Positions 1 through 12,682 of a DNA stretch of 64,000 bases are shown piece by piece (within the stretch, counting starts at the first letter, position 1; every line of letters starts with the position of its first letter). Both the position numbers and the translations under genes were made by a program. The notes beneath the pieces are model-generated. The model made no database searches, was not told the origin of the DNA, and saw only the letters and a program-made list of their open reading frames with translations. Origin of the DNA: Caulobacterales bacterium. GTDB taxonomy: Bacteria > Pseudomonadota > Alphaproteobacteria > Caulobacterales > Aquidulcibacteraceae. Location: contig JBMOIB010000004.1 in assembly GCA_049317545.1 (NCBI GenBank), forward strand, positions 5,565 to 69,564, given 5' to 3'.

Positions 1-135
1 GACGATCAGATCGAACCCGGCGGCCTTGGTCAGGCGCTTCAGATCGGGGACGTCGAACTTCACGAGTTCGACGCTGATCCAGCGCTGCAACGGCGGGAGG
101 TCTTCCGTCAGCGGCTCGTTTGCGTCGTCGGTCAT
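1..135 (-). CDS. hypothetical protein, first 45 codons only (gene runs off the left edge)
   Basis: The reverse strand reads GGAG, 6 nt, ATG, then MTDDANEPLTEDLPPLQRWISVELVKFDVPDLKRLTKAAGFDLIV with GC-rich third positions. It lies 37 nt downstream of the ilvC stop on the same strand. No family recognised. Confidence 0.4.
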   Translation of the reverse strand, partial: MTDDANEPLTEDLPPLQRWISVELVKFDVPDLKRLTKAAGFDLIV

Positions 136-172
136 GCGAACTCCGCTCTGGCTGAGCGCCGCGCGCCGTCGC

Positions 173-2327
<2,155 letters not shown>

Positions 2328-2328
2328 G

Positions 2329-2751
2329 TCAGGTCCCCGTATTCGGACGCGCGGCGAGCCAGAGGACGCCGGCCGTCACCGCCAGAAAGACGCCGATCGC
2401 AACGTGGCGCGCGATCGTCGCGACCGGCGCGCCCGCGCGCGAGACGAGAATGGCGTCGCCGATCGGCATGATGAGCCCCGCGAGCGCCACCCAGGCGAGC
2501 GCCGAATAATTGCGTGTGGCGAGCAGCGCGCCGACGGCAAGCGCGATGAAGGCGGCGCGCAGCCCATAGACCAGAACAAAGCCATGGTCCTGCGGATCGG
2601 TCAGCGGCAGGCCAAGATACGTCGCAAACCCTGCAGGCGCGGCGAACGCGCGGAAGGCGTTGACGGCCTGAAGGGCGGCGATCGCAAGCGCGAGCCAGAA
2701 CCCGATAGCGGCCCATGGGGCAATCGGGGGCGATGCGGCGGTTGGGGGCAT
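2329..2751 (-). CDS. small integral membrane protein (about 4 TM, DUF4267-like)
   Basis: 140-aa hydrophobic ORF immediately upstream of the ADH gene on the same strand (stop 1 nt before the ADH start). The family assignment is from memory only. Confidence 0.55.
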   Translation of the reverse strand: MPPTAASPPIAPWAAIGFWLALAIAALQAVNAFRAFAAPAGFATYLGLPLTDPQDHGFVLVYGLRAAFIALAVGALLATRNYSALAWVALAGLIMPIGDAILVSRAGAPVATIARHVAIGVFLAVTAGVLWLAARPNTGT

Positions 2752-2819
2752 GGTTGGTCTCCTCAGGCCCTCATCCTGGCCGAGACGCCCGCCACGCCAC
2801 GCATGAGAAAACTTCTCGT

Positions 2820-2840
2820 TAGATGAATTCTGTTCATCTA
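2820..2840. promoter_or_regulatory. LysR-type operator candidate (dyad containing T-N11-A)
   Basis: Perfect dyad TAGATGAA-TTCTG-TTCATCTA in the 94-nt divergent region, ending 5 nt before the LysR start codon. T2824-N11-A2836 fits the LTTR box. Confidence 0.5.
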
Positions 2841-2845
2841 TATGG

Positions 2846-3754
2846 ATGGTCGCCCGCCCGCTCCCGCCGCTCGCCGCCCTGCGCGCATTCGAGGCCGTCG
2901 CCCGCCTGGGGAGCTTCCGCGACGCGGCCGCGGAACTGAGCGTTACGCCCTCGGCGGTCAGCCATCAGATCAAGACGCTCGAAACCTGGCTGGGCGCACC
3001 GGCCTTCACGCGCAGCGTCCGTGCTGTCGCGTTGACCCCGCTGGGCGCAGCGCTGGCGAAGGACTGCGTCCGCGCCTTCGACGACCTCGCCCAGGCTCTC
3101 GCCCGCGCTCGCGGCGCGGCTTCGGATACCCGCCTGCGGATCAGCGCGCTGCCGCTGTTCACGACGGTTTGGCTCGCGCCGCGGCTCGCCCGGTTCCAGG
3201 CGCGGGAGCCGGAGCTTGCGATCGAGATCGACACGACGAACCGGCTGGTCGATTTCGAGCGCGACGCCGTCGATATCGCCATCCGCAATGTGTATGCGCC
3301 GACGCCGGGCCTCGTGGCGCGCAAGCTGATCGACCTCACCGCCGCGCCGATCTGCGCACCTGCCCTGGCTGCAAAGCTCAAGCGCCCGCAGGACCTCGCC
3401 GGCGCGACCCTGATCCACATTTCCTCGCGCGCGGGCGGTTGGCCGGATTGGCTCGCGTACGCCGGCGCGCCGGACCTGAAGCCGCGCGGCGCCCTTTCCT
3501 TCGATGCGATCCCACCGGCGTTGGAAGCCGCGGCGCAGGGGCGCGGCGTTCTTTTGGGGCTGTTTCCTCTGGTTTGGGACGCGCCAATCGCAGCCGGCCT
3601 CGTCCAGCCCTTCGATCTTCCCCCGATCAGCGCCGGAACCTATTTCCTCGTGCATCGACGCGAGGACCGCGCTCGCCGCAGCGTTCAGGCGTTCGTCGAG
3701 TGGATCAGCGCGGAAATGCGCGCCGACAAGCGCCGGCTGGCGCGGCGGCGTTAG
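2846..3754 (+). CDS. LysR family transcriptional regulator (GcvA-like)
   Basis: N-terminal wHTH PLPPLAALRAFEAVARLGSFRDAAAELSVTPSAVSHQIKTLE followed by an LTTR substrate-binding domain. Divergent from the membrane-protein/ADH pair. Confidence 0.9.
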   Translation: MVARPLPPLAALRAFEAVARLGSFRDAAAELSVTPSAVSHQIKTLETWLGAPAFTRSVRAVALTPLGAALAKDCVRAFDDLAQALARARGAASDTRLRISALPLFTTVWLAPRLARFQAREPELAIEIDTTNRLVDFERDAVDIAIRNVYAPTPGLVARKLIDLTAAPICAPALAAKLKRPQDLAGATLIHISSRAGGWPDWLAYAGAPDLKPRGALSFDAIPPALEAAAQGRGVLLGLFPLVWDAPIAAGLVQPFDLPPISAGTYFLVHRREDRARRSVQAFVEWISAEMRADKRRLARRR

Positions 3755-4269
3755 GTCGGATCAGGACCGCGTCGGATCGACAAGACTCCCGTCCGGCTCA
3801 CTTCGACAAGCCCGAGCGGTCGCATCAGATCGGTGAAGGCGTCGATCTTTTCGGAAGCGCCCGTGAGCTCGAAAATGAAGCTCTCAAGCGTCGTGTCGAT
3901 CACTTTGGCGCGGAAAATCTCGGACACCCGCAGCGCCTCGATGCGGTTCTGCCCGGAACAGCGGACCTTGATCAGCGCAAGTTCACGTTCGACGCCGGCC
4001 GGGTCCATCGTCACGTCGACGACCTTGTGAACTGAGACGATCCGATCGAGTTGGGCCTTGATCTGGTCGATGATGATCGCCTGACCGCTGGTCACGATCG
4101 TGATGCGGGACTGGTGCGAGGAATGGTCCGTTTCGGCGACCGTGAGGCTCACGATGTTGTAACCGCGCGCGGAAAACAAACCCACGACGCGGGCGAGCAC
4201 GCCCGGTTCGTCGTCGACGATGACGGCGAGGGTGCGGCTTTCGATAGCTTGGTCAAGACGTGGCGGCAT
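3751..4269 (-). CDS. ilvN: acetolactate synthase small (regulatory) subunit
   Basis: 172 aa. ACT domain RTLAVIVDDEPGVLARVVGLFSARGYNIVSLTV plus the C-terminal ALS_ss_C-like part (ELALIKV..., REIFRAKVID). Confidence 0.9.
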   Translation of the reverse strand: MPPRLDQAIESRTLAVIVDDEPGVLARVVGLFSARGYNIVSLTVAETDHSSHQSRITIVTSGQAIIIDQIKAQLDRIVSVHKVVDVTMDPAGVERELALIKVRCSGQNRIEALRVSEIFRAKVIDTTLESFIFELTGASEKIDAFTDLMRPLGLVEVSRTGVLSIRRGPDPT

Positions 4270-4309
4270 GGCGCCTGTTAGCGCCCGCGCTGGCCGGCGG
4301 CAAGCGCCG

Positions 4310-4891
4310 TCATGAAGCGAGCCGCCACCCCGCGAATGCAGCGATCAAGGTCGCAGCGCCAAGGAGCGCGAATACGGCGGCGGCGCCGGCCCTGATGAGC
4401 TTGAGCGGCGCCCGCCTGAGAATGACGTCGCCCAGCAGTACGGCCGGCACATTGGCCGCCATCATGCCGATCGTCGTCCCGGCTGCGACGGCCAACACAG
4501 ATTGAAAGCGAGCGGCGAGCGCAACCGTAGCGATCTGCGTCTTGTCGCCCATTTCAACTAGGAAGAATGCGATCGCGGTCGCGAGGAACGCGCCGGCTCC
4601 GGCCGGCCCTTCCGGAACCCCCTCTTCCTTGTCCGGAATGAGCGCCCAGGCCGCCATGGCGAGAAAACCCAGTCCAAGCGCCAGGGTCAGAACCGGACCG
4701 TCGAGGAAGCTGGCGGCGATCTTGCCAACCAGCGCGGCGCCGGCATGGTTAACGAGCGTTGCGACGAAAATCCCCGCGATGATCGGCAATGGACGCCGAA
4801 ACCGCGCCGCGAGGAGAATGGCGAGCAGCTGGGTCTTGTCGCCGATTTCCGCCAAGGCGACGACCCCGGCGGAGGTGAGAAGCGCTTCCAT
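4310..4891 (-). CDS. UPF0016 / TMEM165-GDT1 family cation (Mn2+/Ca2+) transporter
   Basis: 193-aa polytopic protein with the two signature E-x-G-D-K-T motifs (AEIGDKTQLL and VEMGDKTQIA). Confidence 0.85.
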   Translation of the reverse strand: MEALLTSAGVVALAEIGDKTQLLAILLAARFRRPLPIIAGIFVATLVNHAGAALVGKIAASFLDGPVLTLALGLGFLAMAAWALIPDKEEGVPEGPAGAGAFLATAIAFFLVEMGDKTQIATVALAARFQSVLAVAAGTTIGMMAANVPAVLLGDVILRRAPLKLIRAGAAAVFALLGAATLIAAFAGWRLAS

Positions 4892-5060
4892 GTGCTAGCC
4901 GATCGGAAAAACCGGGGTGGTTTAACCCCATCCTAGCGATCCGCAAGCAAGAGGAGCCGATGGCGACCGCCCCGCACTCGACAACAGAACGTTGCAGGAC
5001 GATCGCACAAATTGCGCGCGCTTTCCGTCGCGCCGTCGCTACTGGCGTCGGCGGCCCACA

Positions 5061-5909
5061 GTGAGCGCCATCGCTCTGCATAATGACGCCGCGCGGCTCG
5101 AGGTTCGGCCTGAACTCGGCGGCGCTCTGACCGCGTTCGAATTCGCGGGCCGGCCAGTCTTTCGTCGGACGCCTCCTGGGGCGACGGATGCAGCAGAGAC
5201 CTCGGCCTTCGTATTGGCCCCATTTCCAAATCGCATCGCCCAGGCGCGCTTCGTCTTTGGCGGGCGCGTCATTGCGCTCGCGCCCGACCCTGCCGGCGGC
5301 GCGCATGCGCTGCATGGGGGCGCATGGCGACGACCATGGACCGTCGAACGCACTGGCCCCGCCGAACTACGCATGGCGACAAGCGATCTCGGCGATTGGC
5401 CATGGGCATGCCGCGTCGTCCAGGACGTCCGCCTCCGTCCAGACGGGCTCGATGTCGATGTCTCGCTGATCAACCTTGACGCCACGCCGATGCCCGCGGG
5501 GCTAGGCTGGCACCCGGCCTTCGCGGCCCGCGACGTTTGCCGCGTTCAGCTGGACTGCGGCATGTATTATCCGACATCGGATGACCTGCCGACCGCGCCG
5601 CGCGCGCTCGAGCCGCACTGGACCTTCGCGGACGGCGTCGACGGCGCAGCGCTGGCGCCGATCGATCATTGCCTGAGGGACTGGAGCGGCGCGGCCGAGC
5701 TGGTCTGGCCAGATCGGAAGATCCGGCTTACGGCGTGCGGGTGCCCCTTCCTGCAAGTCTATGCGCCCACGCATGGATCGTTCGTGTGCCTCGAACCGCA
5801 GACTTGCGCGCCCGACGCCTTCAACCGTGATGAAACCTTTGGCGCGGCGTCGCTTGCACCTGGCGAGGCGCTGGAGATTCAAGTGCGGATCGACGTCGCA
5901 GACCTGTAG
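5061..5909 (+). CDS. aldose 1-epimerase family protein
   Basis: Mutarotase-like beta-sandwich features (LHGGAWRRPW, GWHPAF, LEPQT). The start is placed at GTG 5061 (VSAIALHND...) because the upstream part of the track ORF is Arg-rich. The start is uncertain. Confidence 0.65.
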   Translation: MSAIALHNDAARLEVRPELGGALTAFEFAGRPVFRRTPPGATDAAETSAFVLAPFPNRIAQARFVFGGRVIALAPDPAGGAHALHGGAWRRPWTVERTGPAELRMATSDLGDWPWACRVVQDVRLRPDGLDVDVSLINLDATPMPAGLGWHPAFAARDVCRVQLDCGMYYPTSDDLPTAPRALEPHWTFADGVDGAALAPIDHCLRDWSGAAELVWPDRKIRLTACGCPFLQVYAPTHGSFVCLEPQTCAPDAFNRDETFGAASLAPGEALEIQVRIDVADL

Positions 5910-5918
5910 CGCAACCGC

Positions 5919-8042
<2,124 letters not shown>

Positions 8043-8239
8043 TGCGAGATCCTGGGCTAGCCTCTGATCATGCAGGCCAATTCGCGAGAGGAGCGTTAAT
8101 GGCCAGACGCGTTTGGGAACCGATCGGCGGCGGGATTCCTTGACAGGGTCCGGCTGGACCGCTTTTTGCGGAAGACGCTCTTCAAACCAGCGCCGCCTCG
8201 CGGTTTCGCGATTTGGCCCGGCGCAAGGGAGGTTGGTTG

Positions 8240-10108
8240 ATGAATGCGTCCCAAGACGGCGGTTGCACCCCGCCGACTAAGCACTCGGCCCTGATTGCCT
8301 GGGTCCAGGACATCGCCGCGCTCGCCAAACCCGATCGCATCCATTGGTGCGACGGCTCGGAAGCTGAATGGACGGCGCTGACGAATGAGCTCGTCGCCAA
8401 GGGCACGCTCAAGCGGCTCGATCCCGCCAAACGTCCGAATAGCTTCTACGCGGCGTCCGATCCCAGCGACGTGGCCCGCGTCGAAAGCCGCACCTTTATT
8501 TGCTCGCGCGACAAGAACGACGCCGGTCCGACGAACAATTGGGCTGACCCTGCGGAAATGCGCGCGACGCTCAACGGATTGTTCGACGGCTGCATGCGCG
8601 GCCGCACGATGTACGTCGTGCCCTTTTCCATGGGCCCGATCGGTTCGCCAATCAGCGCGCTCGGCGTCGAGATCACCGACAGCGCCTATGTCGCCGTGTC
8701 GATGCGAGTCATGACGCGCATGGGCAAAGACGCGCTCGATGCGCTCGGCGAAGACGGCGTGTTTGTGCCCGCGGTGCATACGCTCGGCGCGCCGCTCGCG
8801 CAGGGGCAGGCGGACGTGGCGTGGCCGTGCAACAAGGAAAAATACATCGTCCATTTCCCTGAAACCCGGGAAATCTGGTCATACGGTTCGGGCTATGGCG
8901 GCAACGCCTTGCTCGGGAAAAAATGCTTCGCGCTGCGCATCGCCAGCGTGATGGCGCGCGACGAAGGCTGGCTCGCCGAGCACATGCTGATCTTGAAGCT
9001 GACGCCGCCGCAGGGCGAGCCGCGCTTCGTTGCGGCCGCCTTCCCGAGCGCTTGCGGCAAGACCAACCTCGCCATGCTGCAGCCGACGATTCCGGGCTGG
9101 AAGGCCGAAACGATCGGCGACGACATCGCCTGGATGCGCTTCGGTCCCGACGGGCGGCTCTACGCCATCAACCCCGAGGCCGGCTTTTTCGGGGTAGCAC
9201 CGGGCACGGGCCGCGCGACCAACCAAAACGCGATCGCCACGCTGACCGAAAACACCATCTTCACCAATGTCGCCCTGACCGATGACGGCGACGTGTGGTG
9301 GGAGGGCCTGACGGACATTCCGCCGGCGCATCTGACGGATTGGCGCGGCCGCGCCTGGTCGCCAGAACTCGGCGAACCGGCCGCCCATCCTAATGCGCGC
9401 TTCGCCGCGCCGGCAGGCCAATGTCCGGCGATCGCGCCGGAATGGGAAGACCCGCGTGGCGTGCCGATCTCGGCGATCCTGTTTGGCGGGCGGCGTGCGT
9501 CGGCCGTACCCTTGGTCGTCGAGGCCTTCAACTGGACGCATGGCGTCTTTCTGGCGTCGAACGTAGCGTCCGAGGGCACCGCTGCGGCTGAAAACAAGAT
9601 CGGCGAGTTGCGCCGCGACCCGTTCGCGATGTTGCCATTCTGCGGCTACCACATGGGCGATTACTTCGCTCATTGGCTCAAAATGGGCCAATCAGCCGAC
9701 GCCTCGAAGCTTCCGAAGATTTTCTATGTCAACTGGTTCCGCAAGGACCGTTCGGGCCGCTACCTGTGGCCCGGCTATGGCGAGAATTCCCGCGTCCTGA
9801 AATGGATTGTCGAACGCCTTGATGGGCGCGCCGCAGCGGTGCAGACGCCGATCGGGCTGACGCCGACGCACGACAGTCTGGACGTGTCCGGCCTTCATCT
9901 CGCCGACGGCGCTCTCGGCGAACTGCTCGGGGTGGATCGCGCAACGTGGATCGAGGAAGCGGACCTGATACCGCCAGCCTATGACAAGTATGGCGACCGC
10001 CTCCCCAAGGCGCTTTGGGAAGAGCATCGCCGATTGGTCGATCGTCTGCGCTTCTGGGACCAGGGCGGCGATTATTCGGGATCTCAGGATGCCGCCGTTC
10101 GCGCCTAG
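8240..10108 (+). CDS. pckG: phosphoenolpyruvate carboxykinase (GTP)
   Basis: GTP-type PEPCK motifs: [17 protein letters not shown], the kinase-1a loop [20 protein letters not shown] and FGGRR. The start is at ATG 8240, preceded by AAGGGAGG. Confidence 0.92.
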   Translation: MNASQDGGCTPPTKHSALIAWVQDIAALAKPDRIHWCDGSEAEWTALTNELVAKGTLKRLDPAKRPNSFYAASDPSDVARVESRTFICSRDKNDAGPTNNWADPAEMRATLNGLFDGCMRGRTMYVVPFSMGPIGSPISALGVEITDSAYVAVSMRVMTRMGKDALDALGEDGVFVPAVHTLGAPLAQGQADVAWPCNKEKYIVHFPETREIWSYGSGYGGNALLGKKCFALRIASVMARDEGWLAEHMLILKLTPPQGEPRFVAAAFPSACGKTNLAMLQPTIPGWKAETIGDDIAWMRFGPDGRLYAINPEAGFFGVAPGTGRATNQNAIATLTENTIFTNVALTDDGDVWWEGLTDIPPAHLTDWRGRAWSPELGEPAAHPNARFAAPAGQCPAIAPEWEDPRGVPISAILFGGRRASAVPLVVEAFNWTHGVFLASNVASEGTAAAENKIGELRRDPFAMLPFCGYHMGDYFAHWLKMGQSADASKLPKIFYVNWFRKDRSGRYLWPGYGENSRVLKWIVERLDGRAAAVQTPIGLTPTHDSLDVSGLHLADGALGELLGVDRATWIEEADLIPPAYDKYGDRLPKALWEEHRRLVDRLRFWDQGGDYSGSQDAAVRA

Positions 10109-10256
10109 GCTGACAAGCGCCTCATAGTCGGCCCAAGTCATCCGGGCGCCCCTCGCCCAATATAGGTAGTAAGGGGCCCTCGTCGCGTGCCAAGGCGCAG
10201 GACGCCATCGAGACTCTGCGGTAGAACACACCGGTCCTCATTTCCGGTTTTCCACC

Positions 10257-10742
10257 ATGGATGCTTCGATGAACGAACAGAACGCCCTTGGCGCCGCCGA
10301 TCGCATCATCGAGCACGTCGCGACTATTGTTGCGGCCTACGCATCGACTACATCGCTCACCGAGGATGCTCTCGTCGGCGCTATTCGCCGTGTGCATTCC
10401 GAATTGGCGGTATTGGGTGGTCCAGCTGCAGCGGCCTCGACGCCGAGCGCCGGCGCAACGAGCCCAGCTGTGCCGGTCCGCAAATCTGTGACGCCGGATT
10501 ACATCGTCTGCCTGGAAGACGGTCAGCGCGTGAAGATGCTCAAGCGCTACATCATGACCCATTACAACCAGACCCCGGCGCAATACCGCGCCAAATGGGG
10601 CTTGCCGCCGGAATACCCGATGGTGGCGCCGAATTACGCCAAGCGCCGGTCGGAACTCGCCAAGGCCATCGGCCTCGGCACGAAGGCCAATTCCCCGAAA
10701 GAGCGCACCACCCGCGAACGCCGGGTCGGCGCGCGCGCCTGA
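10257..10742 (+). CDS. MucR/Ros family transcriptional regulator
   Basis: C-terminal Ros/MucR domain PDYIVCLEDGQRVKMLKRYIMTHYNQTPAQYRAKWGLPPEYPMVAPNYAKRRSELAKAIGLG. The second zinc-ligand position is Asp (CLED). Confidence 0.9.
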   Translation: MDASMNEQNALGAADRIIEHVATIVAAYASTTSLTEDALVGAIRRVHSELAVLGGPAAAASTPSAGATSPAVPVRKSVTPDYIVCLEDGQRVKMLKRYIMTHYNQTPAQYRAKWGLPPEYPMVAPNYAKRRSELAKAIGLGTKANSPKERTTRERRVGARA

Positions 10743-10757
10743 CGCATCTGCCGACGC

Positions 10758-12101
10758 CTAGCCGGAGACCAAGCTTGATGGCGCCGACGCACCGCCGATC
10801 GCAACGGCCAGCATCGGAAAGATAGGCGCAAAGGCGCCGCCGAACGCCGTGGTCTGCGCCCAGTCAGGAATGGACGCCGCGCGTTCGATGCGCATGCGCA
10901 CGCCTTTGGGCCGGCCGGACCGCGCCATCGACTGAATCGCCGGCAAGGCCGCGCCGCCGCCCACGGCGACGACCGTCAATGTAGCCCCGCCCGCATTGCG
11001 CACGGCTTCGGAGGCCGCCTGTAAGCCGTCAAGAAAGGCGTCTTCGATGGCGTCGAACGCCGCCGCCACGTCGGGGTCGCCCATGGCTTCGCGCGCGCTG
11101 ACGCGAACAACACGGTCGCCAACCCGGAAGGCGGCCTTGCCCGACGTCAGCATGTGTTCCTTCCCTGTCCGCACGTCGACCAGCAGATCGCGCCAAGCGC
11201 GCGCGCGCGCATCAACCCCGCGGAGGCGCGACCGCTCGATGACGAGGTTAAGGAGCGCGACATCGATGGCGTCGCCGGCTTGAGGGACCGTTCTGCGCGC
11301 TTCGCCAATCTCCCAGGCGTCGTCGCCTGCAAAACCAATCGCGCCGATGTCCGTCGTGCCGGCGCCGACATCGAGCACCAGCACCCCGGCCGAACGCGGG
11401 CCCGTAGACTCAAGACAGGCGACCGCCGCCGCCGCCGCTTCGAAAACGGCGCCTTCGACTTGGATATCGCCGCCGCGCGCGCCCGCCGCATCCAGCGCTG
11501 CGAGCGCCCTATCGATGCTCACGACTCCCGCGTCGAGGTTCGGCGCGAGGTCTTCCGCGATGGCGGCGGCGTCTCTGAACATGGCCGCCATCTCGCGATT
11601 GTGCCCGGCGGCGGCCGCACGGTTCCAATCGGGCCGCGTGTACCGCAGCGCAAAGCCGCCCGTGCGCGCCGAGCCAAGCGTGACGTCTTTGTCGATCGCG
11701 CGCGCAACGCCGCGCAGCAGATACGCCAGGAAAAGCACCAAAAGGTCGCGTTGGCGGAACTGGCGGGTCGGGTCGATGCCTGGCGGCAGGAGAGTCCGAA
11801 TGGACCGCGAGAGGTCGCGGGCGCCGAGCAGCGTCTTGAAGGAGCGCAGCGTTTCGCGGTTGGCGGGAAGTCCCGCCGCGACGCGTTGCGCCGCTACGCC
11901 GAGAAGCACGCGCTTCTCATCGGGATCGACAACGAGAAGACCGGGCAAAAGAAAGGGATTGGCCGTGTCCGAAATGATTAATGGCCGGACGGCGCGCGGG
12001 TCGCGTTCATCCCTGTGCGCCGCCGCCGCCTTGCTGTTGGCGGTGCCGAAGTCGACGCAGACCGTCCAATCCGATCCGCCGCGGCCCTGAGCGCCGGTCA
12101 T
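10758..12101 (-). CDS. Hsp70-like (actin-fold/ASKHA) ATPase, nucleotide-binding domain only
   Basis: Phosphate-1 VDFGTANS, phosphate-2 VLDVGAGTTDIG and adenosine motif VVAVGGGAALPAI. There is no substrate-binding domain, and the C-terminus is hydrophobic (FAPIFPMLAVAIGGA). The start is at ATG 12101, which overlaps the upstream stop (ATGA). The 89 upstream codons in the track ORF are Arg-rich. Confidence 0.8.
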   Translation of the reverse strand: MTGAQGRGGSDWTVCVDFGTANSKAAAAHRDERDPRAVRPLIISDTANPFLLPGLLVVDPDEKRVLLGVAAQRVAAGLPANRETLRSFKTLLGARDLSRSIRTLLPPGIDPTRQFRQRDLLVLFLAYLLRGVARAIDKDVTLGSARTGGFALRYTRPDWNRAAAAGHNREMAAMFRDAAAIAEDLAPNLDAGVVSIDRALAALDAAGARGGDIQVEGAVFEAAAAAVACLESTGPRSAGVLVLDVGAGTTDIGAIGFAGDDAWEIGEARRTVPQAGDAIDVALLNLVIERSRLRGVDARARAWRDLLVDVRTGKEHMLTSGKAAFRVGDRVVRVSAREAMGDPDVAAAFDAIEDAFLDGLQAASEAVRNAGGATLTVVAVGGGAALPAIQSMARSGRPKGVRMRIERAASIPDWAQTTAFGGAFAPIFPMLAVAIGGASAPSSLVSG

Positions 12102-12568
12102 CGCGGACGCTTTCGGGACCGCGCCTCGCGGACCGGTCGCGCCGCCGCTACGTCGGCGCGGGCGAGAACCATCTCGTCCTCGCCGAGGCCGCGCACGACA
12201 AAGGGCGTCGAAACCAAAACTGGATCGCCGGGCGCGACGTCGAATCCGTCCACGACGGTATGAAGCGCGGGATCGTAGGCGGCCTCGCCGCATGCTCCCA
12301 TGCGCAGGCGCCGCAGTGCTGCAACCTGTTCGAGATCCTGCAGCGCGAGCGCCGCGCGATCGAGGCACGCCGACATGCGCTTTTGCGCTGCGTTCGGGCG
12401 TTTGCCCGCCTCCTGGCTGCGCTCGACGGCGGCGAGGGCCTTAACCAGATCGCGCTCGAGAACGGCGGTTTCTCGCCAGGCGCGCGCCAAGAAGGCGTCG
12501 GCCTCCGCCCAGGCCGCGCGCTCCAAGGCCTCGGCCACTACGTCAGACGATCGACTGGCGCGGGTCAT
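12098..12568 (-). CDS. GrpE-like putative nucleotide exchange factor
   Basis: 156 aa. A helical N-terminal half is followed by GEAAYDPALHTVVDGFDVAPGDPVLVSTPFVVRGLGEDEMVLARADVAA. This resembles the GrpE C-terminus ([22 protein letters not shown]...RAAMVTVAK in E. coli, from memory). The stop overlaps the Hsp70-like start. Confidence 0.55.
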   Translation of the reverse strand: MTRASRSSDVVAEALERAAWAEADAFLARAWRETAVLERDLVKALAAVERSQEAGKRPNAAQKRMSACLDRAALALQDLEQVAALRRLRMGACGEAAYDPALHTVVDGFDVAPGDPVLVSTPFVVRGLGEDEMVLARADVAAARPVREARSRKRPR

Positions 12569-12572
12569 GCAG

Positions 12573-12609
12573 GCGCCCTCAATGCGCCCAAAGGTGGGCT
12601 TGAGGGCGC
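12573..12609. promoter_or_regulatory. nested inverted repeat in the divergent promoter region
   Basis: GCGCCCTCAA-tgc-GCCCA-aagg-TGGGC-t-TTGAGGGCGC: a 10-bp outer and a 5-bp inner perfect dyad, 5 nt from the GrpE-like start codon. Confidence 0.5.
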
Positions 12610-12682
12610 ATCCGCTCGCGTGGAACGGACGTTGGATTGTCGTTCGTCGCTGGGCTGCATAAAAGCGAACTCGCACGCAAGG

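Noticed and set aside
4892-5060. yybP-ykoY (Mn2+) riboswitch upstream of the UPF0016 transporter
   Set aside because: I looked for the conserved GGGGAGUAG and UUGACAUA-type cores on the mRNA strand and did not find them. Only a short hairpin plus a U-run is present.
12102-12368. N-terminal 89 codons of track ORF 10758..12368
   Set aside because: The Arg/Ser/Gly-rich stretch overlaps the GrpE-like coding region in another frame. ATG 12101 gives the normal distance to the DxGTxNS motif and forms an ATGA junction.
11981-12682. N-terminal 234 codons of track ORF 11981..13717
   Set aside because: This part runs antisense through the Hsp70-like and GrpE-like genes and is Arg-rich. A sensible start (ATG 12683) lies just before the basic/TM N-terminus of the P-loop protein.
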